Of a DNA stretch of 56,529 nt, positions 49,960-56,529 are shown in pieces; the first letter of the stretch is position 1; each line of letters begins with the position of its first letter. Below the pieces are notes generated by a model. It was given only the letters and a program-made list of their open reading frames with translations. It had not been told where the DNA came from and made no database searches. Position numbers and translations under genes: made by a program. Source of the stretch: Bdellovibrionales bacterium (GTDB lineage: Bacteria; Bdellovibrionota; Bdellovibrionia; Bdellovibrionales; UBA1609); NCBI GenBank assembly GCA_020435005.1, contig JAGRAE010000002.1:1-56529 (forward strand). Direction: 5' to 3'.

Positions 49960-52389
49960 ATGAGTTTTGACGACAAAATATTAGAAGACCTACCTGAAAC
50001 ACTTCCAATGTTACCCGTTAGGGACATTGTGGTATTTCCTTACATGATACTCCCCTTATACGTGGGACGCGAATCTTCAATCAGAGCTGTTGAAGAGTCT
50101 CTAGCTAAGAATAGATTAATCTTCTTGTCTTCACAAAAAGAAGTTAATGAAGAAAATCCAACAGAAGATACAATCTATAAAACTGGTACCATAGCCATGA
50201 TCATGCGCATGAGAAAGCTACCTGATGGACGTGTCAAAGTTTTAATTCAAGGTATTTCAAAAGGTGTAATAAAGTCTTTTGCAAAGTCTACTCCGCACTT
50301 TGAAGTAAAGGCAGAAAAAATTAGCGAACCTGCTTCAGCTGGAACTCCGGTTGAATTTGAGGCCATGATTAGAAACGCCAAAGAACAATTAGAAAAAATT
50401 ATTGCTCTTGGTCGAATGCTATCACCAGATATATTATTGGTCTTAGATGATGTCAGTGATCCTGGTCGCTTAGCAGACCTAATTGCTAGTAACTTAGGTT
50501 TAAAAGTTAGTGATGCACAAAAAGTTTTGGAAACTAATCACCCGAAACAACGACTTGCTTTGGTTAATGAAATTTTAGCTAATGAATTAGAAGTTCTACA
50601 AATGCAAGCTCGCATTCGCAATACAGCTAAAGATGAAATGTCTAAAAGTCAGCGCGAATATTTTTTGCGTGAGCAAATGAGAGCTATTAAAAATGAACTT
50701 GGCGAAAACGATTCTAAATCGGATGAGATGGATGAGTTACGAGAAAAATTGATGAATGCCGGAATGCCTGAAGAAGTGCAAAAAGAAGCTATTAAACAAT
50801 TGGGTAGATTAGAGCGCATGCATCCTGATGCCAGTGAAGCCTCAATGCTTAGAACTTATTTAGATCTAATGGTTGATTTGCCGTGGAATATTTCAACAAC
50901 AGATGTGCTTGATTTAAAAGCCGCTCAAGAGATACTCGATGCTGACCATCATGATTTAACCAAAGCTAAAGAAAGAATTTTAGAATTTTTAGCAGTAAGA
51001 AAACTTAAAGAGAATGATTTAAAAGGACCTATCCTTTGTTTTGTTGGACCTCCAGGAGTTGGTAAAACTTCTTTAGGTAAAAGTATTGCCCGAGCTATGG
51101 GAAGAAAATACTTCCGTATAGCACTCGGCGGCGTTAAAGATGAGGCGGAAATTCGTGGTCACCGACGTACATACGTGGGAGCAATGCCAGGAAAAGTTAT
51201 TTCATCTTTAAAGCAGGTAGGTACAAACAACCCAGTAATTGTTCTCGATGAAATAGATAAGTTGGGTTCAGATTTCCGTGGCGACCCCAGCGCGGCAATG
51301 CTTGAAGTACTAGATCCAGAACAAAACTCAACATTTAGAGATAATTATTTGAATGTCGACTTTGACCTAAGCAACGTACTTTTTATAGCGACGGCTAACG
51401 TATTATCAGATATTCCTCCCGCTCTTAGAGATCGCATGGAAGTTATTCAGATTTCTGGATACACTGAAAACGATAAGCTAATCATTTCTAGAAAGCATTT
51501 AATTAGCAGACAAATTGAACAAAATGGTATTACAGATAAAAACATCGAATTCCAAGATGAAGGTTTAAGATATGTCATCAGTCACTACACGCGTGAAGCT
51601 GGACTTCGTAATTTAGAAAGAGAAATTGGTTCTATTTGTAGAAAAATTGCTAGGAAAGTTGTGGTGGACGATAAAACGCCAAAAACAATTGTTAATGCTG
51701 ATATTGTGCCTGAACTACTGGGCCCACCAATGTTTTTAAGAGATGAGAAGTTAAAAGAAAATCAAGTGGGTATTACTACTGGATTGGCTTGGACACAAGC
51801 TGGTGGAGAGATACTGTATGTTGAAGCCTTAAAAATGAAAGGCAAGGGTGGACTTCATTTAACCGGTCAACTTGGTGATGTTATGAAAGAATCGGCAAAG
51901 GCCGCTCTTTCCTATGCACGAGCCCATTCTGATGAACTAGGTATTGAAGAATCGTGGTTTGAAGAAAATGAAATTCACGTCCATTTACCAGCAGGCGCTA
52001 TTCCTAAGGATGGACCTTCTGCGGGAACTACGATTGCCACGTCACTAATTAGTTTAATGACCGATACACCAGTGAGAATGGATATCGCCATGACTGGTGA
52101 AATTTCACTCGCTGGTAGAGTTTTACCTGTCGGTGGAATAAAAGAAAAAGTATTAGCGGCCCTTAACCACGGCGTAACCAATGTTATTTTACCAATGGCA
52201 AACCAAAAAGACATTCAAGACATTCCTGATGAATTTCGTCAAAAAATGAAGTTTATGTTTGTGGAAAACTTGGATGAAGTTTTGGCCTTAGCTTTCGATA
52301 AGAAAGGTAAGCGTGGAACAAAAGGCGCAAAAGGAGGCAAAAAAGACAAGTCTCCTCGCGCCGCCGGCAGCCACGACACCGCCGCATAA
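49960..52389 (+). CDS. lon: ATP-dependent Lon protease
   Basis: LON N-domain (LPMLPVRDIVVFPYMILPLYVGR), Walker A GPPGVGKTS and the catalytic Ser motif PKDGPSAG. The start at 49960 follows the SD GGAGGG. Confidence 0.93.
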   Translation: MSFDDKILEDLPETLPMLPVRDIVVFPYMILPLYVGRESSIRAVEESLAKNRLIFLSSQKEVNEENPTEDTIYKTGTIAMIMRMRKLPDGRVKVLIQGISKGVIKSFAKSTPHFEVKAEKISEPASAGTPVEFEAMIRNAKEQLEKIIALGRMLSPDILLVLDDVSDPGRLADLIASNLGLKVSDAQKVLETNHPKQRLALVNEILANELEVLQMQARIRNTAKDEMSKSQREYFLREQMRAIKNELGENDSKSDEMDELREKLMNAGMPEEVQKEAIKQLGRLERMHPDASEASMLRTYLDLMVDLPWNISTTDVLDLKAAQEILDADHHDLTKAKERILEFLAVRKLKENDLKGPILCFVGPPGVGKTSLGKSIARAMGRKYFRIALGGVKDEAEIRGHRRTYVGAMPGKVISSLKQVGTNNPVIVLDEIDKLGSDFRGDPSAAMLEVLDPEQNSTFRDNYLNVDFDLSNVLFIATANVLSDIPPALRDRMEVIQISGYTENDKLIISRKHLISRQIEQNGITDKNIEFQDEGLRYVISHYTREAGLRNLEREIGSICRKIARKVVVDDKTPKTIVNADIVPELLGPPMFLRDEKLKENQVGITTGLAWTQAGGEILYVEALKMKGKGGLHLTGQLGDVMKESAKAALSYARAHSDELGIEESWFEENEIHVHLPAGAIPKDGPSAGTTIATSLISLMTDTPVRMDIAMTGEISLAGRVLPVGGIKEKVLAALNHGVTNVILPMANQKDIQDIPDEFRQKMKFMFVENLDEVLALAFDKKGKRGTKGAKGGKKDKSPRAAGSHDTAA

Positions 52390-52455
52390 AGGTTCCAGCA
52401 TCTTTTTTTGCGATTACGTGCGTAATTTTGAATAAAATTTTCAATACAATACTAA

Positions 52456-52646
52456 CTGCTCCTGTTAATTGCGGATTGGGAATTCTCACGCCTCGTTAAA
52501 ACCCGTTTTACTAAGTAGATTTTGTGCTCGTTGTGGACTTCTCAAAAAAAGTTTTGAGAAGTCACGTTCGAATCATTAAATTATAAAGTAAAAAAATGTG
52601 CTTAGAGAGTGTAACAGCAAGAATTACCCGCAACTAACGGGAGCAG
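52456..52646. repeat. ~191-bp concentric (nested) inverted-repeat element in the convergent gap after lon
   Basis: The outer arms CTGCTCCTGTTAATTGCGG (52456-52474) and CCGCAACTAACGGGAGCAG (52628-52646) pair over 19 positions (17 Watson-Crick, 1 G-U, 1 mismatch). A perfect 12-bp hairpin (52536-52563) sits within 1.5 nt of the centre. Intermediate segments share only short complementary patches (AATTCT, TTTTACT). Confidence 0.6.
52536..52563. terminator. Perfect 12-bp hairpin GACTTCTCAAAA-AAAG-TTTTGAGAAGTC (possible bidirectional terminator)
   Basis: Hand-checked base pairing. It lies between the convergent lon gene and the 52662-53678 gene. There is no clean U-tract outside the stem, since the A/T runs are inside it. 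Confidence 0.35.
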
Positions 52647-52661
52647 CTCAAATTTATTATT

Positions 52662-53678
52662 TTATTGAAGCTCCAGGTTTGAATCTTTATTAGCAAGACT
52701 AAGCTCGTTTAAGCGTGAATCTATAACTTTTAAAATATCTTTATAAAAAACTTCTTTTTCTAATACGACATTTATTTCTTTCTCAACTCTTTGAATTTTT
52801 GACTCAGACAATATAGTTGAAAGATTCATTTGATCAAAGCTCACTTTGTCTTTGCTTGTAGTTGATTTTAATCTACCATCATACATTGTTTGAACATCTT
52901 CTCTTAAATTACTAACATATTCTTTTAATTCCTCGGTTTTTGCGTTAGTATTAAAATCTAAGGTATCAACTAAACTCTTAAGCTTTATGAAATTTTCTTG
53001 ACGCTCTGTTTGATATAAGTTTCTTTTTTTAAATAAAATTTCTTTTTCACCAGCAAATACATAAAAAGTTTTATTCATCCACGATAGTATTACATATTCT
53101 TTTTTGGTAACTTCAACCAAATCAGGTTTCTCCTCTTGCAATTTCTTTAACAACTCACCAAATATTGTTACTACTATTTGTTCCACAGTCTCTTGAGCCA
53201 ATTGGGGTTTCTTTACAAAAAAATCAGGACTGTTAGAGGTAGAAAATAAATATTTAACTTTAGATTGTTCTTCAGATTCATCTGGAAATTCTTTCTCAAA
53301 AGCACTATATCGCAATGCTATCTCCTCACAAGCCTCTATGGGGAGACTGTAGTTTATGGAGTCTTCGTTATCATTAAGCCAGTTTCTTACGTAAAGATAA
53401 ACACCACATTTCTCATTTTTAACCTGCAAAAAAACACCAAACCTGCTCATTAGATGATTGCCGACATTGTTCAATTGACCATATATATTTCTTATGATTT
53501 CGTCATACGTTTTTGGATCTTTAGTAATATCACTTATTATTTTAATTTCTTTTAACGCATAACTTTCATTATTAGTTAAATTTCCAGTAAGCACCTTTTG
53601 AAGCGGACTGACAGGTTTTAAAGCATATGCGTTTGTATAACTAATAAATAAAAATAAGAATATAGTGAATCGATTCAT
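52662..53678 (-). CDS. Secreted hypothetical protein
   Basis: Signal peptide MNRFTIFLFLFISYTNAYA. 338 aa, mostly helical and charged. No family recognised. Confidence 0.45.
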   Translation of the reverse strand: MNRFTIFLFLFISYTNAYALKPVSPLQKVLTGNLTNNESYALKEIKIISDITKDPKTYDEIIRNIYGQLNNVGNHLMSRFGVFLQVKNEKCGVYLYVRNWLNDNEDSINYSLPIEACEEIALRYSAFEKEFPDESEEQSKVKYLFSTSNSPDFFVKKPQLAQETVEQIVVTIFGELLKKLQEEKPDLVEVTKKEYVILSWMNKTFYVFAGEKEILFKKRNLYQTERQENFIKLKSLVDTLDFNTNAKTEELKEYVSNLREDVQTMYDGRLKSTTSKDKVSFDQMNLSTILSESKIQRVEKEINVVLEKEVFYKDILKVIDSRLNELSLANKDSNLELQ

Positions 53679-54302
53679 TTAAAATTCTCCTTAAAAGCTT
53701 TGTTTCTTAATAGCCTTAATGCACTTTGCAAGATTTGGTCCATAGGTTAAAATGTTAAAACATCGTTTAAAGATTTGGTTTCTCAAAACAGTTATGTAAA
53801 TTAATAGGCCTTTACAAAAATTGTCCCTATAAAAGTATGTTGGCGCCATTAATTGTCTCTTTCCCTAATCCTAGCCTCTCCATCAAATTGTGGACATTGT
53901 CACCTCTCTATAAAAACTTCTTGTGTCTATATATTTATTGTTTAGATACCCACGACGTTGGAGTAATTTTAGTCTTAGTGAGTCAATACTAGGATAGGTT
54001 TTCGTCCACAAATAATGGGAGTAGTTTGTTTAGAATTCAAAAAAGTTTCTTCCACTCCAATTGTGATTTTTTATTATGACAATTCGCACAGGGCTTGACG
54101 CAATTTTTGAAGCTCCAAAAACCCTGAGGTTAGCTTTTCATTACAAATTTGAATTTTCAAAAACCTTACTTTGTTAAAATCTCTGCACGCCAACGCTGGT
54201 GCTTAAAACAAGGAATTAGTAACTCATTCTCGTTGCCTTAAAAAGGACCGTAAAAAAGTTCATGATATAGTTCCATCAAACATAAGGGCAAGGAGGTGTT
54301 TC

Positions 54303-55667
54303 TTGGATTTAAAAAGGCTCAAAGATGGCGAACTCTTAGATAACTTAAAACAATTTGTGCAAAGCGAGCGGCAGTTGTTAACAAAAATCCTACACCACTT
54401 AAAAGAAGTAGAAAGGCGAAAACTTTTTTCGGAGCTTGGTTACCGCAGCCTATTTGAGTATGCGATAAAAGAACTAAAATATAGCGAGGGCCAAGCGGGC
54501 CGCAGAATTCAAGCCATGCGTTTGCTAAAAGAAATCCCATCTGTGGAAGAAAAAATCGCCAGTGGCCATTTAAGTCTGAGCAACGTTTCTCAAGCTCAGA
54601 GTTATTTTAGAGCCATGAATAAATGTCTGCCACAACACAAAATGCCGCTCAAAGATAAAATTGAAGTGCTAAAAAACCTAGAGGGTAAATCAGCCCGAGA
54701 GGGACAAAAAGTATTACTTAAAATGCAACCCCAGGAAGTCACTCTGCCTAAAGAGAGAAAAAGGATAGTCACTGAATCACACACTCAGGTGAGTTTTATT
54801 ATGACCAGTGAACTAGAAGCAAAAATAGAAGAGTTGAGATCTCTACTGGGCTCCAAAGGGGCCACTATGAATTTGGCAGAGTTAGTGGAGCATATGGTGG
54901 AGGTCAGTCTAAAGGAAGCCAAAATAAAGAAGTTTGGCAAAAAGCGAGTCACAAATTCAGAAAAAACTCCAACGTCGGAGTTGGAAAATCAAAGCCTATC
55001 ACTGAGTGACAAGCTCGCTATAAATAATTTAGAAAAGTCTGTGCCATATAAAACCGCAGAAACAAAAAATTCTGATATCACAATTTCAGAAAAAACTCCA
55101 ACGTCGGAGTTGGAAAACCATTGCCTATCACTGAGTGATGAGCTCGCTATAAATAATTTAGAAAAGTTTGTGCCATATAAAACCGCAAAAACGAAAGATT
55201 CTGATAAAAAAGATAGAATTGAAAATAAAGATAGAGTAGATAGCAAAGATCAAGATAAAAGTGAATTAGATGACAATGATCTAGATGACAATGAGCTAGA
55301 TGACAATGAGCTAGATAGCAAAAATCTAGATAAAAAATATCAGGACAGAAAAGTTCAAGAAAAAAGAAATCACAAAAGAAGAGAACTAGAGAGTAGAAAT
55401 TTAACTAAAAAAAATAACCAAATAAAAAGCCAAAACCCGCGCTATATTTCCAAAAAGCTAAAGTATCACATATGGCAAAGAGATAGCGGCAAGTGCACGA
55501 AGTGTGGTAGCCGGCAACATCTAAATGTAGACCACGTGAAACCGGTAGCACTGGGGGGTGAAGCCAACTCTGAGAATTTAAGACTTTTATGTCAGCCCTG
55601 CAATCAACGACAGGCTATAAGAATATTTGGCCTGAATCACGTTGAGAACCAAATAAAAAAAGAGTGA
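54303..55667 (+). CDS. HNH endonuclease with DUF222-like N-terminal domain and repeat-containing acidic linker
   Basis: TTG start 4 nt after the strong SD AAGGAGGTG. The N-terminus (LKEVERRKLFSELGYRSLFEYAIKELKYSEGQAGRRIQAMRLLKEIP...G.LSLSNV) matches the DUF222 pattern. C-terminal HNH motif: CTKCGS...LNVDHVKPVALGGEANSENLRLLCQPCN. Confidence 0.8.
   Translation: MDLKRLKDGELLDNLKQFVQSERQLLTKILHHLKEVERRKLFSELGYRSLFEYAIKELKYSEGQAGRRIQAMRLLKEIPSVEEKIASGHLSLSNVSQAQSYFRAMNKCLPQHKMPLKDKIEVLKNLEGKSAREGQKVLLKMQPQEVTLPKERKRIVTESHTQVSFIMTSELEAKIEELRSLLGSKGATMNLAELVEHMVEVSLKEAKIKKFGKKRVTNSEKTPTSELENQSLSLSDKLAINNLEKSVPYKTAETKNSDITISEKTPTSELENHCLSLSDELAINNLEKFVPYKTAKTKDSDKKDRIENKDRVDSKDQDKSELDDNDLDDNELDDNELDSKNLDKKYQDRKVQEKRNHKRRELESRNLTKKNNQIKSQNPRYISKKLKYHIWQRDSGKCTKCGSRQHLNVDHVKPVALGGEANSENLRLLCQPCNQRQAIRIFGLNHVENQIKKE
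54956..55213 (+). repeat. In-frame 129-bp tandem duplication (2 copies, 43 aa each) inside the HNH gene
   Basis: Copy 1 is 54956-55084 and copy 2 is 55085-55213. By hand alignment 116 of the first 125 positions are identical. The copies encode SEKTPTSELENQSLSLSDKLAINNLEKSVPYKTAETKNSD and SEKTPTSELENHCLSLSDELAINNLEKFVPYKTAKTKDSD. Confidence 0.9.
55266..55317 (+). repeat. 15-bp microsatellite-like repeat (about 3.4 copies) encoding LDDN(D/E) units
   Basis: TTAGATGACAATGAT, CTAGATGACAATGAG and CTAGATGACAATGAG, then a partial CTAGATAGCA. Encodes DDNDLDDNELDDNELD. Confidence 0.85.
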
Positions 55668-55733
55668 ACTTGCGAGTCAGCATTAAAATTAAAATATAGT
55701 GAATTTGCGAGTCAGCATTAAAATTAAAGTATA
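55664..55733 (+). repeat. 35-bp tandem direct repeat (2 copies) starting at the HNH gene stop codon
   Basis: GTGAACTTGCGAGTCAGCATTAAAATTAAAATATA (55664-55698) and GTGAATTTGCGAGTCAGCATTAAAATTAAAGTATA (55699-55733) are 33/35 identical. The gene's TGA stop (55665-55667) lies inside copy 1. Confidence 0.9.
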
Positions 55734-55938
55734 TAGATAAATGGAGTAAAGTATAAATACAAATATAATTAAGCTGCTTTAAATTTATTTGGCCTGAGTC
55801 GCTTCCTCCGGAGTATTGTGAACTGTATTATCAAATTTCTAAACAAATTACAGAGAAGAATTTATGACCAAAATTTGTAGCACAGACCAGTTGGATTCGG
55901 GTATTAATTTTAAGAATCTATGTCATTCGTTGATAAAC

Positions 55939-55964
55939 CCTTTTTAGAGTACACACTAAAAAGG
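55939..55964. other. 9-bp hairpin CCTTTTTAG-N8-CTAAAAAGG in the gap before the TIGR02147-like gene
   Basis: Hand-checked complementarity. Function unknown. Confidence 0.3.
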
Positions 55965-56062
55965 AATGCCGTCTTGTCTCAATATGATACAAGTATACCC
56001 TCAGAATACACTTTGAAATTAAATAATTAGAGTTATACCTATACTTTTAGTAAGATAGAAAT

Positions 56063-56529
56063 ATGGGAGTTCCTCAAATTATTGAAAAACCAATAGTGTT
56101 TGAATACACTGATTTTCGTTTGTACTTGTCTGACATGTACAACTATCTCAAATCAACAAAACCACAATTCTCTTATAGATACTTTTCACAAAAATCAGGC
56201 TTTAGCTCACCAAATTTCTTAAAACTAGTCATAAATGGAGATAGAAATCTCTCTGAAGAAAGTATTTTAAAATTTACTAATGGTTTAGCATTGGATTCTG
56301 TTGAATCAGAATATTTTAAAATACTAGTTCACTTTAACCAATCAAGCTTGCCTTTAGAGCGTGCACAATTTGCTGAAGAAATGTTTATTTTTTTAAATCG
56401 TAGAAAAATTGTAACAATTAATAGTTCTGAAATGAATTATTATGCGCGATGGTTTAATATTGTAATTCGTGAAATGGTTGGGCTTAAGAACTTTAAAGAG
56501 GAAGAGAATTGGATAGCCAACCAATTTAA
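56063..56529 (+). CDS. TIGR02147-like (DUF4423 / Fibrobacter-Bdellovibrio paralogous family) protein, C-terminus cut by window edge
   Basis: My own translation from the ATG at 56063 is open to the window end: MGVPQIIEKPIVFEYTDFRLYLSDMYNYLKSTKPQFSYRYFSQKSGFSSPNFLKLVINGDRNLSEESILKFTNGLALDSVESEYFKILVHFNQ... The segment SYRYFSQK.GFSSPNFLKLVI.G.RNLS is the hallmark I recall for this family. Confidence 0.6.
   Translation, partial: MGVPQIIEKPIVFEYTDFRLYLSDMYNYLKSTKPQFSYRYFSQKSGFSSPNFLKLVINGDRNLSEESILKFTNGLALDSVESEYFKILVHFNQSSLPLERAQFAEEMFIFLNRRKIVTINSSEMNYYARWFNIVIREMVGLKNFKEEENWIANQF

Noticed and set aside
52413-52426. Palindrome ATTACGTGCGTAAT just after the lon stop
   Set aside because: It is a real 6+6 palindrome, but it is a single occurrence at the 3' end of a gene with no recognisable regulator family consensus. 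That is insufficient to call an operator.
52566-52574. tRNA T-loop-like GTTCGAATC inside the palindromic element
   Set aside because: The flanking bases (GTCAC / ATTAA) cannot form a T-stem, and no acceptor, D or anticodon arms can be drawn.
52390-52661. Naming the palindromic element as 6S RNA or SRP (4.5S) RNA
   Set aside because: Only the rod-like outline and a chance CCCGCAAC string resemble those RNAs. I cannot find the SRP domain IV GGAA/AGCA motifs or a 6S central-bubble signature, so no RNA family name is justified without a covariance-model search.
53679-54302. Short ORFs (about 33-36 aa) and a possible ncRNA in the 624-bp gap upstream of the HNH gene
   Set aside because: The small ORFs have no SD and no recognisable motif, and I found no convincing stem-loops or repeats. 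The gap is noted only as unusually long.
54989-55246. 85-aa minus-strand ORF with an internal repeat
   Set aside because: It is antisense to the HNH gene, and its repeat simply mirrors the 129-bp tandem duplication.

Overview
AT-rich bacterial chromosomal window (GC looks mid-30s % by eye, not computed). I can support 36 protein-coding genes: 34 complete and 2 cut by the window ends, which are therefore absent from the ORF track. I found no rRNA, tRNA or CRISPR array by eye. The gene content (delta-60 repeat protein, TIGR02147-like protein, several giant lipoprotein adhesins, MotAB without flagellar neighbours) suggests a Bdellovibrionota/Bacteriovoracia-like or related deltaproteobacterial-type organism; this is inference only. 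Layout: (a) 1-7.5 kb holds a FeeM-like acyltransferase and ThiF-like E1 divergent pair, asnS, a three-gene biotin-dependent acyl-CoA carboxylase and a HepT-MntA toxin-antitoxin pair. (b) 8.2-37.7 kb holds eleven co-oriented minus-strand genes: four giant lipobox proteins (971, 2303, 1098 and 1940 aa) built from Ig-like, FN3, FG-GAP, NHL-like and delta-60 repeats, two outer-membrane beta-barrels, a LysM lipoprotein, a PEGA-TPR lipoprotein, a membrane-anchored FliG-like protein, a 1297-aa coiled-coil protein and a GYF-domain membrane protein. (c) 37.9-39.4 kb holds a divergently transcribed MotA/MotB stator pair. (d) 39.4-52.4 kb is housekeeping: tatA/tatC, M16 peptidase, hemW, grpE, a J-protein, an LpoA-like lipoprotein, a DksA-like protein and lon. 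(e) 52.4-56.5 kb holds a concentric palindromic element, a secreted hypothetical, an HNH/DUF222-type endonuclease gene with internal and flanking tandem repeats, and a TIGR02147-like gene. The main candidate for an undescribed system is (b)+(c): an envelope-spanning adhesin locus coupled to a MotAB-type stator and a non-flagellar, membrane-tethered FliG-like protein. A recurrent promoter-like motif with a sigma-28-type -10 box links motA and parts of the adhesin locus. All family calls are motif recognition from memory; no database search, folding or statistics could be run.
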